Program-made: the position numbers and the translations under genes
Origin: Caldilineales bacterium
Lineage (GTDB): Bacteria > Chloroflexota > Anaerolineae > J102
Direction: 5' to 3'
Assembly: GCA_024102915.1 (NCBI GenBank)
Contig: JAGFJG010000016.1
Location: 22,263-86,262 of the forward strand
Length of the DNA stretch: 64,000 bases
The notes under the pieces: model-generated
Told to the model about the DNA's origin: nothing
The model's input: only the letters and a program-made list of their open reading frames with translations
Database searches by the model: none
Part shown: piece after piece, positions 1-9,393 of the stretch
How positions within the stretch are numbered: the stretch's first letter is position 1
How the letters are laid out: every line of letters begins with the position of its first letter

Positions 1-147
1 GAGTCGAGGCAGTTGCCGGGGCGAGTAATAGCGGTATCCGGTCCAGCGGTCGACTTCGTCGGGCTGGAACAGACCAATGTTGTCGTAGTATCGCAGGGTT
101 TTGACCGAGACCTGGCTGAGTTTTGAGAATTCGCCGATCTTGAACAT
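1..147 (-). CDS. MerR-family transcriptional regulator, N-terminal HTH portion (gene runs off the left edge)
   Basis: Not in the ORF track (<60 aa). The reverse complement from ATG (147-145) translates to MFKIGEFSKLSQVSVKTLRYYDNIGLFQPDEVDRWTGYRYYSPRQLPRL. This is the classic MerR/TipA/BmrR winged-HTH signature. GGAG lies about 9 nt upstream. Confidence 0.8.
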   Translation of the reverse strand, partial: MFKIGEFSKLSQVSVKTLRYYDNIGLFQPDEVDRWTGYRYYSPRQLPRL

Positions 148-191
148 GGGAGCGCTCCGGGGCGGTGCAGGCGCGGCGCACCGATAAAGCC

Positions 192-222
192 ATTGTATAC
201 CTTCCTGCAAGGGGAGAGTCAA
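192..222 (-). promoter_or_regulatory. MerR-type promoter candidate: TTGACT, 19-bp spacer, TACAAT, reading toward the merR-like gene
   Basis: The minus strand reads TTGACT(222-217) ctccccttgcaggaaggta (19 nt) TACAAT(197-192). An over-long 19-bp spacer is the hallmark of MerR-family-controlled promoters. The spacer contains CCTT..AAGG dyad symmetry. Confidence 0.45.
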
Positions 223-400
223 GGGTTATTCCAGACGTTGAAAAACCGAGGTTCATTGTTTGAAGCGGAGGTATTAAACATCGGGATGGCTCGCCTTCTA
301 CCTTGCTCATTTCGGTGTGGGCACATACAATTCCACCCGTTTCCGGCCACGATCTCTTAACAGAACGCATCCGATCTTCCCACACAACGGACTAACCATC

Positions 401-2692
401 ATGACCACAGAGCAAACGCATCTCCGTCGCGAATTGGGTTTCTGGTCGGCGCTCACCATAGGCTCCGGCACCATGATCGGCGCCGGCATCTTCTTGCTGT
501 CCGGTCTTGCCGTCTCGCTGGCCGGGCCGTCGGCAATCTTCAGCTATCTGATCGCAGGCGTGGTCTGCATCATCACCGCAGCCAGCGCCGCCGAACTCGC
601 CACCGGCATGCCCACCTCCGGCGGCGATTACTTCTTCGTCTCCCGCTCACTCGGCCCGGCCTTTGGCGCAATCTCCGGCATCGGCATCTGGCTGAGCCTG
701 ACCTTCGCCATCGCCTTCTATCTTTTCGGCATGGGCGAATATCTGCACACTTTCCTGCCCATTTCGCCCTTTTGGGGCGCGATTTTGGGCGGCGTCATCT
801 TCACGCTGTTGAATGTGATCGGGGCCAAAGAATCGGGAGGGACGCAGGTGGTCGTCGTCCTCACGCTGCTGGTTATCCTCATCCTTTTCATTCTGGCCGG
901 GATCGGATTGATCGACCCCGCCAACTACAGCCCGTTTGCGCCATTTGGCAGCACCCCCATCTTCACCACCACCGCCCTGGTCTTCATCTCCTTTCTCGGC
1001 TTCGTCAAAATCGCCGCCGTTTCCGAGGAAATCAAAGAGCCTTCAAAAAATCTGCCCAGAGCGCTGATTGGCTCGGTGGCGCTGGTGACTACGCTCTATG
1101 TGTTGATCGTGCTCGTGCTCGCTGGCGTTTTTTCCACCGAAGAATTGACCACGATCAAGACCCCGTTGACGCTCGTCGCCGAAATGCGATTTGGGGCCGT
1201 GGGAGCAGCCATCTTGATTTTCGCCGGACTGCTGGCCACGCTTTCATCGGCCAACGCCAGCATCATGGCCGCCTCGCGCATCAATCTGGCCATGTCGCGT
1301 GATCGCATGATCCCGCACTGGCTGAGCGAGATTCATCCCAAACGCCTCACGCCCTATCGCGCCATCCTGCTTACGGGTATTCTGGCTATGGGCTTCCTCC
1401 TGGTGGAAAGCCTGGAAACCCTGGCCGAGATCGCCAGCGTTCTGCAACTTTATAGCTACGCCGCCTTGAACATCGGCTGTATTGTGCTGCGCGTGGCCAA
1501 CCCCGATTGGTATCGCCCCACCTTTCGCGTACCCCTGACGCCCTACTTGCAGATCGTCGCCGCCATCGGCTGCCTGCTGATCGTGCTCGTGGCCGGGCCT
1601 ATCGCTCAGGCGATCATCGTCGGCCTGATCATCATCAGCCTCGCCTGGTACTTCATTTGGGGACGGTCAAGGGTGGATATACGCTATGGCCTACCCCTGT
1701 TCCGCCAGAACGTAGCCGAGAAAGGTTGGGGCGTTGTGGCGGCAAAGCCAATCCTTTATGCGCCCGAACCGGAGCTTGCCCCCGCGCCGTCGGTGCGACT
1801 GATCGACGCCAACACACGTCGGCGGATCATGGTGGCGCTGGCCAACCCTGAACACGAAGTCGATCTGCTGCGATTGGGCCGCTATCTGGCGGTTGGCCAC
1901 GCCGAGGCCGGCGAGGTATTGGGAATCCACTTTGTCGTCGTGCCTTTGCAGACGCCGCTCGAATCTGCGCGTGGGCGCTTTGCGGAGAAACATACCCTCG
2001 AAGAAAGCATCGCCAGCGTCGCCGCCGAGGGGATGCGAGCCGAGGCTGCCGCCGGTAATGGCAATTTATTACTCGCCCAGACCGGTTTTACAGCCATCAC
2101 CGATGTGGCCCATGATGTCTTCGGCAGTCTGATCGGCGAGGTGCAGCAAAGACAGGCGGACCTGCTCTTGATGGGCTGGCAAGGCGGATTCAACGTTAGC
2201 CACATCTACAACAGCCCCGTGCAACGCGTGCTGGCGAATGCGCCATCCGACGTGGTCGTGCTCAAGAATCGGGGGATGGACAAAATCGCTTCGATCCTGA
2301 TCCCCTGGGGTGGCGGGCCGCACGCACAATTGGGATTAGAACTGGCCGTGCGCGTGGGGCGTTCCACCGGCGCCGCCATTCATTTGCTGCGGGTTCTGCG
2401 AACCAACCAGGATCCCGTCAGGGAACAGGAATCACTGAGATCGGCGGTGCAGAACATCATCGGCGACTACGCCAGCGTGCAATATCATGTTCCGCAAGGC
2501 GATGATATCTCGGATGTGATGATGGCCAGCATCGATGAAATCTCGCCCCGTCTACTCATCGTCGGCGCATCGCATGAATGGCGGCTTCGCAGCTTCCTGT
2601 TCGGTTCCATTCCCGATGTGGTGGCCGACCATGCCAGTTGTTCGGTGCTCATGGTTCGCCGCCACCTCATTTCTCGGCCCCGCGGCAATTGA
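401..2692 (+). CDS. APC-family amino-acid permease fused to two C-terminal universal stress protein (UspA) domains
   Basis: Start trimmed to ATG 401 (MTTEQTHLRRELGFWSALTIGSGTMIGAGIFLLSG, the APC permease signature). About 12 hydrophobic helices follow. Two Usp-like modules then end in ...SPVQRVLANAPSDVVVLKNRG and ...GSIPDVVADHASCSVLMVRR. Confidence 0.85.
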   Translation: MTTEQTHLRRELGFWSALTIGSGTMIGAGIFLLSGLAVSLAGPSAIFSYLIAGVVCIITAASAAELATGMPTSGGDYFFVSRSLGPAFGAISGIGIWLSLTFAIAFYLFGMGEYLHTFLPISPFWGAILGGVIFTLLNVIGAKESGGTQVVVVLTLLVILILFILAGIGLIDPANYSPFAPFGSTPIFTTTALVFISFLGFVKIAAVSEEIKEPSKNLPRALIGSVALVTTLYVLIVLVLAGVFSTEELTTIKTPLTLVAEMRFGAVGAAILIFAGLLATLSSANASIMAASRINLAMSRDRMIPHWLSEIHPKRLTPYRAILLTGILAMGFLLVESLETLAEIASVLQLYSYAALNIGCIVLRVANPDWYRPTFRVPLTPYLQIVAAIGCLLIVLVAGPIAQAIIVGLIIISLAWYFIWGRSRVDIRYGLPLFRQNVAEKGWGVVAAKPILYAPEPELAPAPSVRLIDANTRRRIMVALANPEHEVDLLRLGRYLAVGHAEAGEVLGIHFVVVPLQTPLESARGRFAEKHTLEESIASVAAEGMRAEAAAGNGNLLLAQTGFTAITDVAHDVFGSLIGEVQQRQADLLLMGWQGGFNVSHIYNSPVQRVLANAPSDVVVLKNRGMDKIASILIPWGGGPHAQLGLELAVRVGRSTGAAIHLLRVLRTNQDPVREQESLRSAVQNIIGDYASVQYHVPQGDDISDVMMASIDEISPRLLIVGASHEWRLRSFLFGSIPDVVADHASCSVLMVRRHLISRPRGN

Positions 2693-2728
2693 CCCCTGCG
2701 GTTTGTAGACTGCGTAAGGTTATTCCAA

Positions 2729-3406
2729 TTAGCGGATCAGCGCCACATGCACTTCTTTCGGGCCGTGCGCGCCTAAAGTCAACGTCTGGGCGATGTCGGC
2801 GCTGCGGCTCGGCCCGGTGATCAACACCGTATTGCTGCTTTCGGCGATCCGATCAGCCACTCCCGCCGCCCGGATCCAATCGCCGATGTCGGCGTAAATC
2901 TGGCTGGCGCGCAGGACTGCGTAATGCACCGGCGGCATCAGGGAAGCCAGCCGCCCATGATAGCGGTCGCTGTGCAAGACAAGCGTGCCGGTGCGCGCCA
3001 ATCCGGCTGCGGCCCCGGTCAAGCCCACCTCGATCTCGGCCAGGTCGGTCAGGCTGGCCTGGCGCATGGGTGAGTCCAGGCGGCTGGGCGTGATTTCAAT
3101 CCCCTGGGAGCGCAGACCCTCGGCCAACCCAGGGATGCCGATGATACCGGGTTCCCAGCACAGCAGGCGGTTGATTTGACGCTGCTCGAATTCGGACAGC
3201 AGAAAATCACGGGCTTCGTCCATCGAATCCATTTCGTACACGCGACCCTGCACTGCCCGCAACGCCTTCGCAAAGACTTCAGGCAGGGGTCTGTCGAAGC
3301 TAGGGGGCGTAGGCGCAAGGGGCGACGTTTCCGTTGTCGCCGGCAGATACGCTTGTTTCAAGCTCTGGCGGATGCGATCGAGGACTTCGCTGCGGGCATC
3401 AGACAT
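2729..3406 (-). CDS. lutC: Lactate utilization protein C (LutC/YkgG family)
   Basis: Only the C-terminal 225 aa of the 387-aa track ORF look real (MSDARSEVLDRIRQSLKQ...). ATG 3406 overlaps the lutB stop by 8 nt. It shows LUD-domain-type sequence and sits last in the lutA-lutB-lutC order. Confidence 0.8.
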   Translation of the reverse strand: MSDARSEVLDRIRQSLKQAYLPATTETSPLAPTPPSFDRPLPEVFAKALRAVQGRVYEMDSMDEARDFLLSEFEQRQINRLLCWEPGIIGIPGLAEGLRSQGIEITPSRLDSPMRQASLTDLAEIEVGLTGAAAGLARTGTLVLHSDRYHGRLASLMPPVHYAVLRASQIYADIGDWIRAAGVADRIAESSNTVLITGPSRSADIAQTLTLGAHGPKEVHVALIR

Positions 3407-4832
3407 CGGTGGTCTCCCCGCCGTTTTTCCTGGCAGCGCCATTCTGTTTCTGCCAGCGCTCGCTGAAACTCTCCCCGGCCAGCGGCGGGAAAGCGCGCGT
3501 GTCAGTCCACCCCGCCAGCGGGCCGGGTAAGCTCTTGTTCCAATGCTCCTGCGTCTTGGGCATGAGGCGTTGGCCGATGCGGGCGAACTTGCGACCCCAG
3601 CGAAACATGCCGGGACGCGTGGCCGCCCAGGCAAAAAGGCGGATGCCATTTCGCAGCCAGGCCGGGGCATGGCTCTCGGCCACGCTCTGCGCTCGCAGCT
3701 TGAGCAGCATGCGAGGAATGTCGATGCGGACGGGGCAGGCCTCGGTGCAGGCCCCGCACAGGCTGGATGCTTGCGGCAACTCTTGCCACGGGTCGAGGCC
3801 GCCGATGGCCGGGGTGACGACGATGCCGATGGGGCCAGGATAGACCGAATCATAGGCATGGCCGCCCACGCTGCGATAGACAGGGCACACATTCAAACAG
3901 GCGCCGCAACGAATGCAATAGAGGATTTCGGCCAAGTCGCCGGCCAGCGCTTTGGTGCGCCCATTGTCCACCAGGATGATATGCACCTGTTCCGGGCCGT
4001 CTTCATCGGGCGCTCGCCGCGGGCCAGTGACAATCGACGTGTAAACGCTCATCGCCTGGCCGGTGGCGCTGCGCGCCAAAACCTGCAACAACGTCCCCAG
4101 ATCGGACAGGGTGGGAGCGATGCGCTCCATCCCGGCAACGGCGATGTGGATGCGAGGCGCGGTGGTGACGAAACGCCCATTCCCTTCGTTGGTGACCAAC
4201 ACGACGCTGCCGGTTTCGGCCACAATAAAATTAGCGCCGCTGATGCCCAAATCCGCCTCGATGAATCCCTTGCGCAGCGCCGCTCTGGCTGCTTCCTGCA
4301 TGGTGGGGATATCGGAGTCGAGAGGCGTGCCCAGATGTTCGTTGAAGAGGGCGGCGCAATCCTCCTGCCGCCAATGCACCACCGGGGCGATGATGTGGCT
4401 GGGGTGATCGCCGGAAAGCTGGGCGATGTATTCCCCCAGGTCGGTTTCCAGCACGTCGATCCCGGCCCGCTCCATCACCTGGTTGAGCTCGATCTCTTCG
4501 CTGAGCATCGATTTGCTTTTGACCACGCGCTGCACACCCTCCTGGCGGATGATGCGCAAAATGATCTGGCGGGCTTCGGCGGCATCACGCGCCCAGTGAA
4601 CCTGGCTGCCATTGGCCTGGGCATTGCGCTCGAACGTCAGCAAGTGCTGGTCGAGATTGGCAATGGCGTTGGCTCGAATCGCCCGCGCATGGTCGCGCAA
4701 GGCTTCGCCGTGGGGCAACTGGGCAAAAGCATTCTCGCGGCCATGCACAAAGTGGTGCATCGCTTTGTCCAGCGCTTGTTGCAAAGGCGCATCCTGCAGG
4801 GCGATTTCCGCCCGCTGGTTGAGGGTAGTCAT
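3399..4832 (-). CDS. lutB: Lactate utilization iron-sulfur protein B (LutB/YkgF)
   Basis: Two 4Fe-4S motifs (CIRCGACLNVCPVY and CGACTEACPV) plus an LUD/DUF162-type N-terminal region. Positioned between lutA and lutC. Confidence 0.9.
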   Translation of the reverse strand: MTTLNQRAEIALQDAPLQQALDKAMHHFVHGRENAFAQLPHGEALRDHARAIRANAIANLDQHLLTFERNAQANGSQVHWARDAAEARQIILRIIRQEGVQRVVKSKSMLSEEIELNQVMERAGIDVLETDLGEYIAQLSGDHPSHIIAPVVHWRQEDCAALFNEHLGTPLDSDIPTMQEAARAALRKGFIEADLGISGANFIVAETGSVVLVTNEGNGRFVTTAPRIHIAVAGMERIAPTLSDLGTLLQVLARSATGQAMSVYTSIVTGPRRAPDEDGPEQVHIILVDNGRTKALAGDLAEILYCIRCGACLNVCPVYRSVGGHAYDSVYPGPIGIVVTPAIGGLDPWQELPQASSLCGACTEACPVRIDIPRMLLKLRAQSVAESHAPAWLRNGIRLFAWAATRPGMFRWGRKFARIGQRLMPKTQEHWNKSLPGPLAGWTDTRAFPPLAGESFSERWQKQNGAARKNGGETTDV

Positions 4833-4833
4833 C

Positions 4834-5559
4834 TCAGCCCTCGCCCTCAGCCAAAACCTGCGCCAGATGCCTGACGATGGGCGGCTTGCCCTGCTTGATC
4901 AGCCCGCCATTCAGATGCGTCATGCAAGATGCGTCACAAACGACGCATGTCTCGGCTCCGCTGGCGGCGATGTACCTCAATTTGCGCTGCATCATCGCCC
5001 CCGACATGGCCGGCATTTTCACGGAAAACAGGCCGCCAAAGCCGCAACAATCCTGCGATTCCGGCAGGGGCGAACGCTGGCCGCCGGGGATAGCGTCCAA
5101 CAGGGTTTCGGCGCAGCCGCGCACACCCAGGTCTCGTGTCAGATGGCAGGAGGGGTGATAGGTATAGCTGCCGGGTGTTCCCCCCGCGCTGTTCACCCCC
5201 AAATCCTCGACTAAAAACTGGCTGAATTCTCGCACGCGGCTGGCGACAGCCTGAGCGCGAGCCATTTGGTCGGGGTCATTGGCGAAGAGATCGGCGTAAT
5301 GATGAGCGACCATCGCCGCACAAGAACCGGAGGGGCAGACGATCAGTCCCTCGGTGTCGGCGAACAGATCGAGGAACCGCACCGCCATCTCCCGCGCTTC
5401 ATCCCAAAAGCCGCCATTGAAAGCAGGCTGGCCGCAACAGGTCTGCCCGGAGGGCACAGATACTTCTACGTCCTGGCGCTCCAGGACTTTCACCACATCT
5501 TCGGCTATTTCGGGATAAAGGTAATCGAGCAGGCAGGTGACGAAAAGCTGGACTCGCAA
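4834..5559 (-). CDS. lutA: Lactate utilization protein A (LutA/YkgE, CCG-domain Fe-S oxidoreductase)
   Basis: Two Cys-rich CCG motifs (GQTCCGQP and QDCCGFGG). Start moved to TTG 5559 (LRVQLFVTCLLD...), preceded by GGAG 8 nt upstream. The longer track ORF would run into fabF. Confidence 0.8.
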   Translation of the reverse strand: MRVQLFVTCLLDYLYPEIAEDVVKVLERQDVEVSVPSGQTCCGQPAFNGGFWDEAREMAVRFLDLFADTEGLIVCPSGSCAAMVAHHYADLFANDPDQMARAQAVASRVREFSQFLVEDLGVNSAGGTPGSYTYHPSCHLTRDLGVRGCAETLLDAIPGGQRSPLPESQDCCGFGGLFSVKMPAMSGAMMQRKLRYIAASGAETCVVCDASCMTHLNGGLIKQGKPPIVRHLAQVLAEGEG

Positions 5560-5564
5560 CCCGG

Positions 5565-6821
5565 CTACTCCTGATATCGCTTGATCACGATAGCGCCGTT
5601 CTGCCCGCCGAAGCCGAATGCGTTGGCAACGCCGGCATTCACGTTGACCTGCCTGGGCTGATTGGGCACATAATCCAGATCGCATTCGGGATCGGGCACG
5701 GAGTAGTTGATGGTGGGCGGAACCCAGCCCGTGCGGATCGCCTGCACGATGGTCAGGGCATTGAAAGCCCCGGCAGCGCCCATCGCATGGCCGATCATCG
5801 GTTTATTCGAAACAACCGGAATGCCATATGCGTGCTCGCCCAGCGCTTTCTTCAGCGCCCGCGTCTCCGAGATGTCATTTAGTTGGGTTCCGGTTCCGTG
5901 CGCAGCGACATAATCGAGCTGTTCCGGCTCGATGGCGGAATCGGCCAGCGCCAGTTTGATGGCGCGGCTGGCGCCCTGCCCGTCTGGATCCGGCGCCGCC
6001 ATGTTGTGACCATCCACGGTGAAACCCATGCCGCCGTACTCGGCCAGGATCGTAGCCCCGCGCGCCTGGGCATGCTCCAGCGATTCCAAGACCATCGTCA
6101 CTGCGCCCTCACCCATGATCATACCATCTCGCTCGGCGTCGAAGGGGCGACAGGCGGTTTCGGGATCGTCATTGCGGGTCGACATAGCGCCAAGACGGCT
6201 GAATGAAGCGATCAGCAGGGGCGTATAATAGGAATCGGTTCCCCCTGCCAACATCACGTCCACCTCGCCGCGCTGGATGCGCCGGGCTGCCTCGCCCAGG
6301 CTGACGACGCCGGTGGCGCAGGCGGCGACGGGCGAGTTAGCTACCCCCTGGATGCCGTAACGAATAGCCATATAACAGGGAGTGGTCGTAATCAAAACCG
6401 CCGGAGCCAGGGCAGGATTGATAGCCCGGAAACCCTGTTCTTTCACAAGAAGGGAATATTCTTCTACGATGCTGAGAGCGCCAAAAGCGCTGCCCATTTC
6501 GATGCCGACGCGTTCAGGGTCTTCTTGCGATAAATCGAGCCCGGCTTCATTGATAGCTTCGTCGGTGGCATCGATGGCCAGATGAGTGAGACGACCCAGA
6601 CGGCGCGCCTCTCGCCGATTCAGCCGCTTCTCCGCATCAAAATCCTTGATGGTTGCGGCAATTCGGGTTGGCAGTTCACTGGCATCATAAGTTGTGATTG
6701 GCGCCGCGCCAGACCGCCCGGCCAACATCCCTTCCCAGGTCGACGGAACATCCAACCCCAGCGGGCTGACCGTTCCCATTCCGGTAATGACAACGCGGCG
6801 ATGCGTATTATTGGTAGTCAA
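5565..6821 (-). CDS. fabF: Beta-ketoacyl-ACP synthase II
   Basis: Active-site contexts VAACATGVVSLG (Cys), AHGTGTQLND and IGHAMGAAG (two His). Length 418 aa, with a typical KAS II C-terminus FGFGGQNGAIVI. Confidence 0.9.
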   Translation of the reverse strand: MTTNNTHRRVVITGMGTVSPLGLDVPSTWEGMLAGRSGAAPITTYDASELPTRIAATIKDFDAEKRLNRREARRLGRLTHLAIDATDEAINEAGLDLSQEDPERVGIEMGSAFGALSIVEEYSLLVKEQGFRAINPALAPAVLITTTPCYMAIRYGIQGVANSPVAACATGVVSLGEAARRIQRGEVDVMLAGGTDSYYTPLLIASFSRLGAMSTRNDDPETACRPFDAERDGMIMGEGAVTMVLESLEHAQARGATILAEYGGMGFTVDGHNMAAPDPDGQGASRAIKLALADSAIEPEQLDYVAAHGTGTQLNDISETRALKKALGEHAYGIPVVSNKPMIGHAMGAAGAFNALTIVQAIRTGWVPPTINYSVPDPECDLDYVPNQPRQVNVNAGVANAFGFGGQNGAIVIKRYQE

Positions 6822-7228
6822 TGTGATCTCCTTCGTACCCGACCATTGGATCAGCCGATTTGATTCTGTTTATTAAAATCCAATTGGTTCAGGTGAAACA
6901 CGATGAAATCGTGCGCAATACTCGTTTGAGTTTAGGGAAAATGTGGATAGTCTACTTTGGTAAGGACTATTGCTAAATCGTCGGCACAGCATAGCATAAG
7001 CGGAAATGGTTGACAATGCTTTGCCTGCCATTTGGCGCGATGCTAAAATGAAAAATCGGCGTATGCTGCCGCACCTGATTGTCATTCGCCAAACCCCTGG
7101 CTCATACGTTTCCGCACCCTGGCGATGGACGTCCGCCAGCATCCGCACTCAAACAACCACTCGCAACCATTACTCACTAACGGTGTTCTATTTAGAGCAA
7201 CGTTGGACTGCCCCGGCAAGGTTCCTGC

Positions 7229-7786
7229 GTGCAACTAGACCAACTGGACGAAGCGGCCCTTATAGAACGCGCCAGACACGATCCCGAAGCTTTTGGCGAA
7301 CTCTACGAGCGTCATGTCGACAGAATTTACAATTATATTTATTACCGGGTTGGAAGCCAGGAAGATGCCGAAGATCTCACCGCTCATACCTTTTTTCAGG
7401 CGCTCGACAATATCGGACGCTACGAAGACCGGGGAGCGCCCTTTTCCGCCTGGCTTTACCGGATTGCCCACAACACAGTCGCCAACCTGCACCGGCATCG
7501 CTCGCGGCACAAAGCGATCCCTCTGGACGATGCCGCAACCACGCGAGAGAAACGACCGACTCCAGGCGTTGCAGTCGAACAGAAAGAATCCAAAGCCGAA
7601 TTGCTCGATGCCATCCAGCGCCTGCCTGAAGAAAGACAGCAATTATTGATCCTCAAATTCGTGGACCGTTTACCCAATGCCCAGATAGGCCAGATCATGG
7701 GGCGCAGCGAATCGTCGATCAAGTCCCTTTATCATCGCACCCTGATCGCCTTACGGGATGACTTCGAGCAGCGAGATTTACTTTAG
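7229..7786 (+). CDS. ECF-type RNA polymerase sigma-70 family factor
   Basis: GTG start. Region 2 reads (F)GELYERHVDRIYNYIYYRVGSQEDAEDLTAHTFFQAL...WLYRIAHN. The region 4 HTH reads RQQLLILKFVDRLPNAQIGQIMGRSESSIKSLYHRTL. Confidence 0.85.
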   Translation: MQLDQLDEAALIERARHDPEAFGELYERHVDRIYNYIYYRVGSQEDAEDLTAHTFFQALDNIGRYEDRGAPFSAWLYRIAHNTVANLHRHRSRHKAIPLDDAATTREKRPTPGVAVEQKESKAELLDAIQRLPEERQQLLILKFVDRLPNAQIGQIMGRSESSIKSLYHRTLIALRDDFEQRDLL

Positions 7787-7789
7787 GCC

Positions 7790-8638
7790 ATGACGAACAT
7801 CGCTGTCGTCACCGATAGCACCTGTGATATGCCTGCCTCGTGGCCCGGATGGCAACGAGGCCACACCATCCCCATCCACATCCGTTTTGGCGACGAGAGC
7901 TTTCGCGAGGGCATCGATATCGATGAAGCGATCTTTTATGCTCGTGTCGCCTCTGAACATGCCATCCCGCAGACCTCACAACCCAGCCCCGGCGAATTCG
8001 CCGAACTCTACCGTCGTCTCAGCGATGAGTACGATGCCATCATCTCCATGCATGTCACCGGCGCTCTCAGCGGCACTTATCAATCCGCTGTATTGGCCGC
8101 CGAAATGGTGAAAGACGTGATTGAAGTCCACCCGGTCGATTCTTCGTGCGGCTCCATGGGTCTGGGCTTCATGGCCGATGAAGCCTTCGCCTTGATCGAC
8201 GAAAACCAGCCCGTTTCCCAGATATTGGCCCGGATGGATGTCATTCGCAAGAGCATGAACATCTTCCTCAGCCCCGACACCCTGGAATATGCCCACCTCA
8301 GCGGTCGGGTCAGCACCCTCGGTTCCGCCGTCGCTTCGCTCTTGCAATTGAAGCCGATCATCGTCCTGCATGACGGCAAGCTTTCGGCGGATGAACGTGT
8401 TCGCACCCGCAAGCGCGCCATGCTGCGCATGGTGGAGATGATGCGAGAGCGTGTGGGCGATTTTCCGGCCAGGGTTGGCGTCGCCCACGCCCAGGCCGAT
8501 GCCGATGCCGAGCAACTGGCGGCGTTGGCGGAAGAATCTCTGCATTGCCTGGGCGGCGTGCAGGTTGCGCCGCTGGCAACCTCGGTCGCCGTTCATCTCG
8601 GGCCGGGCACGATAGGCCTGGTGGCCTACGCCGCTTGA
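7790..8638 (+). CDS. DegV-family fatty-acid-binding protein
   Basis: N-terminal IAVVTDSTCDMP motif and overall DegV length and organisation. It starts 3 nt after the sigma-factor stop. Confidence 0.85.
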   Translation: MTNIAVVTDSTCDMPASWPGWQRGHTIPIHIRFGDESFREGIDIDEAIFYARVASEHAIPQTSQPSPGEFAELYRRLSDEYDAIISMHVTGALSGTYQSAVLAAEMVKDVIEVHPVDSSCGSMGLGFMADEAFALIDENQPVSQILARMDVIRKSMNIFLSPDTLEYAHLSGRVSTLGSAVASLLQLKPIIVLHDGKLSADERVRTRKRAMLRMVEMMRERVGDFPARVGVAHAQADADAEQLAALAEESLHCLGGVQVAPLATSVAVHLGPGTIGLVAYAA

Positions 8639-8690
8639 AACATTCCACAATCCAGAATTACCCTTTTTTATCCCCCGCATAGGTTCATCC

Positions 8691-9074
8691 ATGAAGACAC
8701 CGAACGATCCAGATAGACTCGACGCACATTTCCAGGCTTTGCGCCAGGGCGAGGCAAAGGCGCGCCTGATCGAAGGCGCCCCGGACAATTCTGTGGACTT
8801 GATAAGCCTGTTCGCCATTGTCGATATGCTCTGGCGCATCCTAAGACCGGTTGCAATCGCCCCCGCCTTTCGCGATGAACTCAAACTGCAACTGATGACC
8901 GAAGCGCAAAGACGCGAGACTCGCAAAGTCCTCGGGCTTTATCCCCAGCGCCAGGGGCTCAATCCCATCTGGTTGGTGCCGTTCGCCGCTCTGGGCACGG
9001 CATCCCTGGTTGGGGCGCTGGTCTGGCGGCGCGCTCGACACCAGGTCGAACCGGACACAGCGCTTGCCGCCTGA
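8691..9074 (+). CDS. Hypothetical single-pass membrane protein (possible anti-sigma-like partner, unproven)
   Basis: 127-aa ORF with one C-terminal hydrophobic helix (IWLVPFAALGTASLVGALVW). I recognise no family. Confidence 0.45.
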   Translation: MKTPNDPDRLDAHFQALRQGEAKARLIEGAPDNSVDLISLFAIVDMLWRILRPVAIAPAFRDELKLQLMTEAQRRETRKVLGLYPQRQGLNPIWLVPFAALGTASLVGALVWRRARHQVEPDTALAA

Positions 9075-9393
9075 AAGAGCGCGGTCGCTTACAATAATTT
9101 TCGCGCTCAGTGGTTGTTTGGTTTATACTCCCTTAATCTGAGTGACCGAAGCTTGATGATCAATGCTCAAGCTGGATGCTGCGAAAGTAGATCGGGCTTC
9201 GAGCTATAATCTTCAGCTATTGACTTACCTCTGCCAATACCGTCAGATTTCTCAATTCACAAATCATATTATTCTTCCGGTTCGCCTCTTCAGCGAGCGA
9301 ACAGCCTTCTTTATCCGAGAAATCTACGAGTTGGTCCAAACGGGATACTCTGATAATTCAATAACCGCCGCACTTATTTCGAGGATATGATTT

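Noticed and set aside
2729-3892. Long N-terminal extensions of several track ORFs (lutC 387 aa, lutA 283 aa, moeA 490 aa, nnrE 293 aa, acd 444 aa, udk 233 aa)
   Set aside because: The extensions overlap upstream genes, are low-complexity, and precede internal starts that restore canonical family N-termini. Shorter coordinates were adopted.
6947-7046. Candidate operator ATAGTC-N12-GACTAT (6947-6970) and a TTGACA (7009-7014) / TGCTAAAAT (7040-7048) promoter in the fabF-sigma spacer
   Set aside because: The hexamers are 28 nt apart, which is too far for one promoter. The dyad matches no known fatty-acid regulator site (FapR, FabT, FadR) that I can recall. The support is insufficient.
9163-9390. 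75-aa ORF in the AT-rich leader upstream of fabH
   Set aside because: It has no RBS and no recognisable family. Its codon composition is unlike the neighbouring genes. The stretch is treated as non-coding leader or promoter DNA.
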